Source: Mytilus californianus (lineage: Eukaryota). From it: a stretch of DNA of 64,000 nt. The notes under the pieces were generated by a model. The model was not told the origin of the DNA. It worked only from the letters and a program-made list of their open reading frames with translations, and ran no database searches. The translations under genes were made by a program, and so were the position numbers. The DNA is taken from the NCBI RefSeq assembly GCF_021869535.1, contig NW_026262668.1:43524001-43588000 (forward strand). The letters run 5' to 3'. Positions 51,116 through 62,429 of the stretch are shown here, one piece after another (within the stretch, counting starts at the first letter, position 1; each line of letters starts with the position of its first letter).

Positions 51116-52939
51116 TTAACAGCAATTGAGCAAATTATTACTGCAGTTTGTTCATACATTTCCAACTCTGTTCTGCATGTCTTGGACATTATATATGTCC
51201 CATGCACTTTGTGCATAGTCAAAGGAACGGATTTCTGTAAAGATCTTCTGAATGCAAGTTCCAGTATATAACAACGCCGTTATTAAGTCCCATCACACCT
51301 CCTTGTCCTGCTGAACATACAAAATAACGTAATTTGGCCGTATGGCCAGACTCGGGTCAATTAATGAAATTTTGAATAACATGTAATTAAGTTGTAACGG
51401 GTGAATTGTCTTCGATTTGCAAATAAGATTATCAATTTCTATTCTTTTATATTAGTGTATATTTGCAATGTTCCCATATAAACAATGTGAACAGTACTTC
51501 GCATATTGGATATTTAATAACATTGCAAACTTGTTTGACAAGAATTATGTAAAATTCCGATAAAAGATCTGGGAGAATCCATTCCCTTCGTACTCTATTG
51601 TTGTTATTCATAGTTATAAAATTCGGTAAACAATTATTGTTTAGGTAATGCCATTCTGGGTAGAATTATTTATTTTCGTTTTACCTGAGTAGTCATTTGT
51701 ACATCAAATAGGTTTTCTAAAAATTATTTTCAAATAATGAAAAGGGTAGAGAATCCCGAAGAGTACATTCGTTTGGAAATAACTGGGTGGGTCATAACCA
51801 TGAATCGGTATTAAAAAAATCCGTCGATTTTCATGTTTTGTGATTTTTTTCGAATTGGATAAACTTTTATCATTTTGGATACTTGTGTTACCTGCTTTGG
51901 GATATAAGTAAATTTTCGAAACGGATTAATTTATAATTAATTCAATTTAGGTAAGTTTATTTTCAAGTTTTAATTACACATGGACACTTATGCATCTGTT
52001 AAAAAAAAATATGAAAATGCCCGAGGCAAGTCTGATCTCCCCCAAAACTTTGAATTAAATTTAAATTTACACTGACACATGATAAATATTTGAAATAAAG
52101 ATTAGTGCACTTGTTTACAGAGGATATTTGGAAACTGAACAGGGAATTATTAAAAACGCATTTTTTAAAAAAAATTTAACTTGAAAAGGCGCTTGCATGA
52201 TATTGAAACCTTATTTAAGAAATAGAGATGACTATCTGAAAAAGGCGCTTGCTGAGTATGCAAAACTGAGAATGAAAAAATGACGTTGTGCATACATTTG
52301 CACATAAACTCTCTTATAGATTGAATTATTAATATTAGCTCAACACGTTAATAAAGCTGCTGCAAACACATAGTTGTGCACAGGTCTTTTAATCTATAAA
52401 ATAACATTATGGATTACAAGTTGTATTCATATGTGTACTATTATAACTTCCGCACTTAAGGAAGAAATTGAAAATCATTCTAAGTACCGATAAAACATTT
52501 AAAGCATATGGATTTTAAATACTATTTTGCTTTTATATTATATGTTATTCTATTAAAGGTGTTTAAAAAAAATACCAATGCGTTGAAACGTGTGACTACT
52601 AGACTGAAAGCAATATGGACGAGATACGCGTAATTAAAAATTTAATATTTAACACGTCCGACAATAGATAATCCCTTTTCATTGAAATCCTAAATACTAG
52701 ATAATTCCTATTAATAAGGGTTATTGTGTAATAACAAACAAGGAGATGGATCACAAACAGTAGCTTCGTTAACTATTTTGAAAAAATCGTGACTGGAAAA
52801 GTGTCGACGATAAGATTTAATGGCGTAATGAACTTATTTGAGGCTATTTCAAACATGACTTGACCTATGATATTTTTCATTTATTAATGAAGATTAAGGT
52901 CATTCAAACATATTTTAGTCTTCCTTATTAATTATCAGT

Positions 52940-53030
52940 TATATATGCAAAATATGTTATATTGTGTATATTATCATCTCTGTAACTATGTAATTTAGTT
53001 AATGAGAATAAAGATATATCTATCTGTCTA
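52940..53030 (+). repeat. Retroelement-like 3' tail, copy 2
   Basis: Matches 32580-32670. Confidence 0.6.
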
Positions 53031-55592
53031 AACTATTCAACAGGTAAACTATACGTACAAGTATACTTTTGCAGTGTTAAATAAAATTTAGGAGTCAATT
53101 GGTGATAAATTATGATAAACTATTTGCAAATTATGCTTGTTTTCGATATTCCCAATGAAACTGGCCATTGGCTAATTTAAGTTATTCTAGGTGTTCGAAT
53201 TATTATGTTTTTTAAGGTTTTTTTACTAAAAAGTTTCAAGTAACCACGGTCAAACAAATACTTATTTACTGGTATATCATTTTGTTTGTTTATTTGTTAT
53301 AGATCTGTTAAAAAAAAGATATGGTATGATTGCCAATAAGACAACTATCTATCAAAGACAAAGGGGCAAATATGTAAACTGTTTTGTTCAGAAATTATTT
53401 CTATTAAATCGATAAGTTGTTGCACGGTGTCGTTCAGCAGATTAACACAATCACCAATTTGTATCTGTCAGCACATTTTTTTCAGCAGACTCATAAGTCA
53501 TAACTGACCATTTTCCTATTTTATCGCGACTTTAATAACTCAATAGTATATGCTTCACTTCAATAACGATGAGCGTCTCTAAATTTGTTTATACAAAACT
53601 TTTAAATTGTTCGATATCACATTAAAATCTTAAAATGAAATGTGATCAGTTTCAGTGAATGACTGCTTGGCTGTAAAATAGTTATGGCTGATTGTTCTTT
53701 CTGAACTAAACTGCATTTTCATGCAGCAAGTTGTAAACTGATCTAAAACTAATCGTATGGTTGAATGATTTTTAAGGTGTTGTCGGGTGGGGTTTAAATA
53801 AAGCAACTGCTTTTTTTACCACCTGTGATAATTTTTTCCTTTTTCCTTCTAGCCTTTAAACTAAATAAGTTTCAAATAAGAATTTGAAGTGAAGAGGCCT
53901 GTCACTAAATATACTTCTAAAATTCACATTAGAAATTATCTGTCATATCGAAGAAAAATGCAACAGAACTTAACGACGGAAGGTCCGATTAAAAAATCGT
54001 CCATAGTTTAATGAATGAAAAGGTCTATAGAAACGTCCGTGAGAAACCCACATTCCAAGACAACAATAAGTCCATTTAAACACACGATATAAAGTTTAAA
54101 TAACCTTAAAAGCGTATCAATTCCTTTTAATTTTGTATGGGAGTTTTACTTTATAATAATAGTTTTAAGATTATGTAAATAACAAAAGAGTAGCCGTGTA
54201 TACACATAAATTTGACCACGGGTTCCATTCTTAATGGTTCTAATTATTGGTTTATAGGAATGATATCATCAATACATGTCTAATACAAACAACATGTAAA
54301 ACACATTTCATGTGGCGTTTCTCTCTCTAAGATATGGTTACCTTTCTTATGATGTGCTCGGATTTATTTTGATAAAAACACAAAAATAAAAAATGATAAA
54401 CAGATTGATAAGGTCAAAGAAATATACTTAAATATATATTTTTCTTGACCAATACTAATTTTCACTCCTGGTAAAGTAATTTTTTATAAACTGAAACAAC
54501 AATGTGGGAGAAGTCTAATGGATTATGCGTAATAAATTGGGTGACGTTCAAGATTTTTTGTTTGATTTACAAAATCTGTTGTTGAAGTAAGGCAAGTTTG
54601 CAACGTCCATTTGCCAATATTAAAGAGATATTAAGGACGATGCCCCATCATAAACATAATCTTTATCTTTCCTGTACCTTTTTTCGTCTTTTTCATTTAG
54701 ACCATCAGGTTTTAAAATATGGAGCTGAGCTGGTGGATCCAATAGTTTTCTCGTCTCCTTCTCGCTGCGGTGTCCTACTCCGTGTTCACTTCTATAATTT
54801 GAAAAGTAACTTTATCAAAATGATGTTTCTTTGAGAGAAGATGTCTTGTGAGGGGACAGTTTTTGTTGGTTTTGTACCACGACCGATGGTTATTCAGCCG
54901 ACTATTAAATTTGTCAATTTTCTTTCACGTACTGAATGATACAGGTGTTACATAAATTGAGTTTTCCGTTTAACAGTTGGAATTTACGTATATGGTATAA
55001 CTTTGTATTGTAAAGGAGCTTATAAAAGAACTGCTAGTATTTTCAGCTTTACAACACAAACAATGCCTTCTCCTACATTGTTTGTAGAAAACAGGAGATG
55101 GAGTAGGTTCCTTTGTTAATACAGCTTGAAATAATTTGTAACGGATGTTTTTGGTCTTCTGAAGGCCATGACTGATAGTGAGGGAAACACTTTTTTTTCA
55201 AATTGGAGTAATTTTCTATAATTTTCCAAAGCTTTCGAACAATGGATGACACATTTTTGAAAGCAGGATGGTAATTGAGTACAAGAGGTATTCTGTTGGC
55301 TCCATGATTCTTATCCCTGTACCCCAGAAGTTCTTTTCGGTCAATTCTGTTTGCTTTTTTCGAAACTTGTATATATACTGTGTTCATTGTCTCCTCGAGC
55401 ATCAAGATGTTTACGTAGTTGTCAAAGTCTAGCATTTTGCTTATTTTCAGTTGCGTATATTCTCTTGATTCGCAGTGACTTGACTGAAAGGGATACCACG
55501 GGAGCATTGTTTTGGAAGGCAACTTGTTTGGAGAGAGAAATTGCTTAACGTCCAGTGGCAAATTAAATGCATATTCAGGATGAGAACATGTT

Positions 55593-55967
55593 AACGTGTT
55601 GTTTTCAATTTTTTACATCACTGGGTCGATACCTCTGCTGGTGGACTATCAGTCCCCGAGGGTATCATCAGCTCAGTAGTCAGTACTTTGGTACTGACAT
55701 GATTTATAACAAACCTTTCTAAAATTTTCCGTTTATAAATTTTCAAATTATAAAGAAACTAAGGATTCAACTCCCTCAGGCAAAGTTGACCTTAGATGAA
55801 TTTGGCTATTTGTTTTAGGTATTTTTGTCATATAGCTCTTCAACTGTTTCGGTACTTGTACATCCCTCGGATTTCAAATGTTCGGCTCTGAGCGTTCCTG
55901 ATGAAGGTAAATCCAGAAAAGCGCTTCGGACGCATGAAATTATTAAACGTGTTGTTTTCAATTTTTT
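55593..55967 (+). mobile_element. Retrozyme-like non-autonomous retroelement, 353-bp unit plus 22-bp terminal redundancy
   Basis: AACGTGTTGTTTTCAATTTTTT at 55593-55614 and 55946-55967; contains a hammerhead; homologues at 530-610, 7930-8010 and 58890-59110. Confidence 0.75.
55892..55933 (+). ncRNA. Minimal type I hammerhead ribozyme
   Basis: Stem I GCGUUC/GGACGC, core CUGAUGA (55898-55904), short stem II GG/CC flanked by A residues, GAAA (55916-55919), palindromic stem III AAGCGCUU, predicted cut after UUC at 55927. Confidence 0.7.
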
Positions 55968-57240
55968 GATGTAATATGAATATTACCCCTGCTTTGTACT
56001 AGACCGACAGGATTTTTAATGTGCTCGTTCACAATGTAACAGTCCAAAGGAAGACATGTCTCCCTACCCAGACACATTATTCTTATTCCGAGCCGACATG
56101 TCTTTGCTCTTGCTACTCCTTAATGCAGCATGCTTAGTGGAGAAACAGCAAATACCCAATTTTTAAAGTCTTTGGTATGACCCGGCCGAGGCACCCGAGG
56201 CGAACATGCTACCACGAGACCACAGAGGCGGTTAAAAGAGAGAAATTGATGCTTGTCTGTTTTCTTCATATGGAGATCCGTTATCATTGTTACGTTCTGG
56301 ATGTTACTAGTAGTATCAAGGAAGTTAATTTTTACCATTGATGTTTCGTGTGTAAATTGAATCGAATGATGGAAAGAGTTACAGTGTCCAAGAAATTCAT
56401 TCAGGCGAATCTGTCCATTTAAAATCATTATCATCAATAAATCGACCATGATAATGGCTGGTATGGAGCACTAGCCAAGAGGCGTTTTTTCAAGTTGGTC
56501 TAAATATGTTGTCATATGACAGGACCACTTTTTGCCCATACTAGTGCCGTCTACCTGTAGATAGTGTTTGTCATTAAAAGAGAACTTGTTGCTCTCCAGC
56601 ACTAGTTTCATAAGTGTAATCAGGGACTCAGTTGGAGGATTTTTGTCTCTCCGGTTGTTCCATACCTCTTCATACGCTGCAATTCTATCGTCTTGTGGAA
56701 TATTTGTATACAAAGATTACACGCCCATGGATGCGAGTTTGGTATTGTTTGTAAAGGATTTAGGCTTTCTATTTTCTTTAGATAATCAGTAGTATATTGA
56801 CTCGTCATATAAGAGGGGAGTTCTTTAACACGACCTCTTAAAAGAGTCTATAAATTCATAAATATTTTCTGTTGGATGATCATTTGCAGAAACGATTTGT
56901 CGACCTGGATTCATACCATGTTCATTGGTATATATATATATACCAATGAACATGTTGATAATCTGAGTGTCCTATGAGACGATATCATATGCACAGATAC
57001 TTTCCTGTGGAAGTTTTTTGAAAATTCGTTCTTTTTAGAATCATTCAAATTTAACATGGGGGTGATAGATCCAATGTTTGGTGTAAGCCCTGTGTACATC
57101 AAAGAACCCCTGCAAAAACGGTTTGAGACTGAAAGCAAGTTTTGAACAATTAGTATTTACATTTTGCTGGTTGGTTGTTTTCTATTAAAATAAGGATACT
57201 GATAAAAGGTATGAATATACCAACAAGATGAAATAATATC

Positions 57241-57292
57241 GTATTGACAAATATTTCGGTACAACAAATGGCGTCCCACAGTGTCAATCTTT
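57241..57292 (-). ncRNA. Degenerate PLE-type hammerhead in the 5' pLTR of the minus-strand Penelope
   Basis: ATTGACA-CTGTGGG...GTACC-GAAATATT-TGTCAAT: perfect 7-bp stem I, mutated core. Confidence 0.55.
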
Positions 57293-57504
57293 ATTTGAAA
57301 ATGCAATAATACAACATGAGTTCTTCGTTGTAATATATATATAACACTCTTTATCAAGCTAAATAGGTAACAGGTCGTCTGGAAATGACGATACTACACA
57401 GACAGGAAAACATTACAAGACTAAAGATTTATGCAACCATACTGATTAAAGATACACATGTGTATAATTAATACTGTAAATAGTATGACATAATATCGTA
57501 TGAT

Positions 57505-57920
57505 TATACAAGGGAATACAAAAGATATTCATACTGTATCATTTACTTTTGAACAAAGATCGACACTGACGAAGGACGTTTATTGTGCCGAAATATTTGT
57601 CATTCATTACGATATTATTTCATCTTATTCTTATATATCTTTTACCAGTATCGTACTGTATATAATTCTAAGTACAATAACACCAAGTTATATTGTTTAA
57701 TGCAGCATATCAAGGACACTTGAGCAAGGTCATTTCCCAAAACCAACAAGTTTGCAAATGTAAATAAAAATTGTTCAATCATTGTTTTTTAGCCTTATAT
57801 GGGGTTCTTTGACGTACAATAGGACACGAGACATTCTCCCCCATGGAGCATTGGATTCATTATCCCGTGTCAAATTTGAAAGATTTTTTTAACTTCCACA
57901 GGAAAGTATCTGTGTATATG
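57505..57920 (+). mobile_element. Inverted copy of the Penelope 5' end (pLTR plus start of ORF region)
   Basis: Reverse complement of about 56985-57345, sharing GATATTATTTCATCTT, GGGGTTCTTTGA(C/T)GTACA and AACTTCCACAGGAAAGTATCTGTG. Confidence 0.8.
57559..57604 (+). ncRNA. PLE-type minimal type I hammerhead motif
   Basis: GACA-CTGACGA-AGGAC..GTGCC-GAAATATT-TGTC: intact core, palindromic AATATT stem III, 4-bp stem I. Confidence 0.55.
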
Positions 57921-58623
57921 GAAACGAACACTTTATATCGCTTCTAGTCACGGAAACTTCGAATAACACAAGACGCTACGATTATATTAGCATGCTATCG
58001 TGTTTAAAATTCACATTTAAGGCTTAACCAGTTTACACAAAGGTATACTAAATCGCATACATGGTATTCATACATCTTTCGAATCTTTAAAATTTTCGCA
58101 ACATCAAGAACATTGGTGTTAAATGATGTTTCATTTTAAACTTAACACTGTATGCCGCGGAGGAACCGTATTATCACAAGATTTGGCGGACGAGAGTCAC
58201 AATCATAATTAGTTATTTCATCATTATCTAAACGGTAATTAGATACTTAAAAATGTCAAAATAAGATATTTATATTCAAATGATCAATACAATTTGAGAT
58301 AAGATATCAAATAAACATCTTTTTTATGCGAATGGAAACAAATCATATGTTTTAAAGACCCAATAACCTTATGCAAATCCGAGTCATATATATGCACCTT
58401 TTTATTTGAATTAAAAAAAAAAGTATTCAACAAAAATCGGAAGCCACATCTTTAAGTGGATTAAATTACCTTCAAACACAGATGAAAAGAACTTGAACCA
58501 ATACTTTCAATTGGATTAAAACTGTTTAAATTATAAAGGCAGTAAACAGTATGAATAAAATAATTAGATATGGGATATACGTCAATGAAACAGAAATTAG
58601 AAATCCAACGACAAACAGTATAT

Positions 58624-58762
58624 AAATAACACATAGCTGAGAGGGTGATAGAGCAGATTGTTACCCCGAGAAAACATTGTCAACTGAGGCGAAGCCAAGG
58701 TTGACAATGTATTTTCGAGGGGTAACAATGTGCTCTATCACCCTCTCAGATATGTGTTATTT
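58624..58762. mobile_element. Palindromic miniature element
   Basis: About 61-bp arms AAATAACACAT..CTGAGAGGGTGATAGAGCA..TTGTTACCCC..CATTGTCAAC and complement (about 90%); loop TGAGGCGAAGCCAAG. Confidence 0.85.
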
Positions 58763-58889
58763 AATTTATTATACTGAATGTTCTGTAATTACTGTCTATT
58801 GAATTTCAAATTCAAAGTAATAACTATGACGTCTTGTACATAACAACGAGACAGAATTAGGGGGGGGGGGGGTATTGTTATTATTTGTC

Positions 58890-59110
58890 GAAAGTCAATA
58901 AAGCGCTTTCTGGATTTACTTTCATCAGGAATTTCAAACCCAAAATTTTGAAAGCCTAGGATGTATAAAGACATGAGGAGCCGGCTTTAAGACCAAAAAG
59001 GGACATGTAAAAAAGAATACTCAAATACATCTTTGCATTGCCTGAGGGAGTTCGACCCTTTTATGATTAATTTTATCAATAATGTTTCAAAATAGCCTGT
59101 TCTCTAAAGA
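58890..59110 (-). mobile_element. Retrozyme remnant (family A)
   Basis: Minus strand CTGATGA-AAGTAAATCCA-GAAAGCGCTTT and GAACTCCCTCAGGCAA, homologous to 55765-55927; stem I is lost. Confidence 0.7.
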
Positions 59111-60089
59111 TGGAAAGCCTTATACATAATGTAAGTGTTGTATTAAAATTTTGTCTTTGACAATTATAAACTATACCAAAACAACCGTTTTATGATAAAA
59201 ACTTTATTTGCACAAAATTTTAATACAAATAATGACTTAATTAGCATATCTTTATATATTTCTGAATCCGGTGAGGTTATTGAAAATAACAGATAATAAT
59301 TTAATTAAATTTCTACTGGTGAATAGGAAGAGTGATAACTTATCAAACAATATTTCTATATTTCCTCAATACAAATATTTGTGCCGAAGGATTTCAATAT
59401 CTTTCTTAAGTATCTTATTGAAAAAAAGGTAAGTTAATACTAAATGAAAACATCTCTTTTGAAATTGTAAGAATGAAATGACCTAGACATTTAAATTATG
59501 AATGAAAAATTATCAATAGTCACTTGATTGGCGAGTTCTTACTTGTAAAATTTTATCAATATTAGTTTAATTACATGCGTTGGTATGTACAAGAACGCGC
59601 CTCGATTTAATATATAAAATATTCAAATTTTTAATTGCTAATTTACCAATAATATATACGTAAGGACATGATAAATGACGAAGACGTCGGTTTTAAAGAG
59701 AATGGTCAGGTCGAAAAAAAAAAATGAATTGATTTACAAGAAAAGTTTTAGCAATCAAATAATTTTCAAATACCTGATTAATTACAAGTATAATATGTGT
59801 ACTCAAAGCCAATTCATCAGATAATTGGTGATCAGTTTTGCCATCATATACTATACAGATCGCATAATTTGTCCCCAATGTCTTCAAGTATATGTATGTG
59901 TAAACGCCTTTCTTCTTTTTTTTGTGTAATTACGTTTCTTTTTTCTTTTTATCTTATCTTTCATTGCACCCATTTACGTTTCCATTTAATTGTTGAGATA
60001 GGGACCTCAAACGTTCTTCTACTAGGGGAAAGCTATATTAAATAGCCATCAGGGTCTGGCACGTTTCTCCTATACCCCTTTTCCTCTAG

Positions 60090-60335
60090 TATCCTTGATG
60101 GCCGATTTGTCTACGTAGTTCAGCTACAACGATGACTAGTCTATCATCAATGAAGTTGTGAGTTCGAACCCCGCTCGTGCCAGTTGAGTTCGACTCCGAC
60201 TAGGATTGTTAGTGTTTCTGTCAAAGGGTGGTGGTTCTTTCCGGTTACTCCGACTTTCACCACCAATAAAAATAGCCGCAACGATTCAGCCATAGTGTTG
60301 AAAGTGACTTTAAACTCAAACAATTCATCCATTCT
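60090..60335 (+). mobile_element. tRNA-derived SINE (V-type), full length and decayed
   Basis: A box TGGCCGATTTG, B box GTTCGAACC, GGTGGTTCTTTCCGGTTACTCCGACTTTCACCACCAATAAAA core. Confidence 0.8.
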
Positions 60336-62429
60336 TTTCCCTTACGTTTATCTTATTAAAATAATCGGATGTCATTCTATATCGATTAGAGATAGAATGT
60401 CCCTCAATTAAATAACATGTCATGCTTAGTATACGTTAGATCTTTTAAAAAGGGCTCCTTATTACCCCACATCATGCTTACACTAGTTATCCGCTTTGAC
60501 ACAAAATATCCAGGATTTTAGACCAAACGATGTGGTCTCTGTTCTCGTTTTCAAGTGAGGTATTAGTATATTATCGTTTTTCACCCATATCTTTTCGTTC
60601 TTCGCACTATTTTCGTCATTTCAAGTCATCTTTTTATTTTCATTATTTAGATATTTATTTTCAAAATGATACTAGTATAATTTATAGTCTGGTTCATCGA
60701 TTAAATTTTTTTTATAAAAAGACCCCCTCCCCCCAATAAAAGGACAAAATAACCCAACAATCTACAAAAGAAAACAAAAGAAATAAAAACAGGTAATATT
60801 TTCCAAACCGTGCTCGTTTTACAGACTTTTGTTATTTTATTATCTATTATGGGGATATAAATTATCAGATGCAGTGCTATTACACAGATTTATGATCCAA
60901 AGTTAAACAATATGAAAATTTGAAGTGACTTTTTGAAGGTTTCTTCGCTACTAAATTCGATAGTACAATGCAAAACAAAACACGTTTATTTGCGAAATAA
61001 AGCGAAAAACATCTGGTCTTGTCAAACAAGTTTAATGTTGTAGTCTAAAAGCTACATGTATTAACTAAGAAACCAATGATTAAACTGCTACCTGCATTTA
61101 CATATAATATAAAATAAAATATTTAAAAATAATAAAGGAGATGGTATGTGATTATCAATGAGATAACTACCAACCAAGTCACAAGGATGTGAACACCTTC
61201 AAGTCAAAAGTACAACCTTCAACAATGATCAAAAGACCTATTTAAATTTAAATCATACCTTTTTACGAGGATGTATAATTCATTGAGATCAGTTTATCCC
61301 ACCATTAAAACATGTTGTTTGAACGGAAATAATATTGATATGATTTTCTTTTGAATTAAAAATATTTATCGTTGTAATTTTTCAAACGTTTGCATTTAAG
61401 AAGTCATTTTTTAAATATTTGATGGCTTTAGAAATGTATGTATTTTTCGCTTATTTCATTAATCAAGCCTTTGGTTTTCTCTATTGAATTCTTTCACATT
61501 TTGTCATACCGGAACCCTTTGATAGCTTACTATACAGTATGGGTTTTGCTCATTGTCGAAGGCCATATAGTGCACCTTGTATCATGTATAGTTAATTACA
61601 TCGTCGTTCTTTAGTTTCTTCATCATCTTATCTTTATATATAATTATTTTTTTCATTAAAAAGATAAAGCACTATACAACCTTTATCGCACCTCGGGTAA
61701 ATTACTAATGCCGTCATGTGATGACCCCTTATGGATTCGTAGGGGTCAGTAGATTTTATAGGGGGCATTACAGCGTTACGTCTACTAATATTGTTATTGT
61801 ATTTCATTGTTTAGTTTTAACATTTTGTACAAAACTTGGCAGTAAAAGTCTCCTGTGCGATAAATTCCATTATTTTCGTTTTATTAATATTAATTTTTAA
61901 TTTCCATTATTTAAACTACTCTGAAAATTTATCCAACATACATTGTAAATCATGGCTAGATGACTACGGCCTCACCCCTATATATTTTACTAAACCTGTG
62001 TGGATCCGTAGGGGTCAGTAGCGAAGCATATAAACGATATTGTTGGATGAGATGTTTTTTTTCTCCATTATATGTAGTAAAAAACTTAAAATCATCGAGC
62101 GGCTGTAATCAGTTCTAGATAACAGATAAAGGTACTAGTATTGTTAAACAAGTTTCCTGGATGTTATCGCTTTCTTCTTGCAAGAATTGTCGAAAAGCAG
62201 TGTGCATCCTCAACTTGCAGGGACAATGTTTTTTTTCTAGCGATTTCACACATGAAAACAGCTTCCTACATTTGCTATGACTTAGTATAAAACACTATGA
62301 ATAAGCGACACGTGTTTCACCCTCCAAAACAAGCATTAGTTTGACTGAATAAACCGGAAATCCATGCATGTTAAGCGTTAATGTTGGTCAAGTTAATTGT
62401 CTCATTCGCAATCACCAACATCTTCTAAA

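Larger units (their letters stand above)
55544..56233 (-). mobile_element. tRNA-derived SINE with Meta (MESC)-type core inserted in the Penelope RT
   Basis: Head ACCGCCTCTGTGGTCTCGTGGTAGC, core TGGGTATTTGCTGTTTCTCCACTAAGCATGCTGCATTAAGGAG...GCTCGGAATAAGAATAATGTGTC; the tail resumes at 55592-55544; direct repeat AGAGAGAAATTG at 55532-55543 and 56237-56248. Confidence 0.8.
54690..57345 (-). mobile_element. Decayed Penelope-like element: RT plus C-terminal GIY-YIG endonuclease, with 5' pLTR
   Basis: In order on the minus strand: NPGRQIVSAN.HPTE, SLYTNIPQD, YLQVDGTSMG, NSFHHSIQFT..INFLD, KTDKHQFL, GIPFSQ, RIPLVLNYHP, Cys-rich CRRRHCLCC, QYV..FNSRLNNHRS and RRRENYWIHQL..PDGLN; many frameshifts and stops. 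Confidence 0.9.

Noticed and set aside
55073-56808. Functional Penelope polyprotein from the listed ORFs
   Set aside because: Motifs are spread over several frames with stops, a large N-terminal deletion and two nested insertions; the copy is dead.
59693-59887. TIR-domain-like ORF (CIVYD...STHIILVI)
   Set aside because: Motif spacing does not fit a TIR domain and there are no supporting neighbouring exons.
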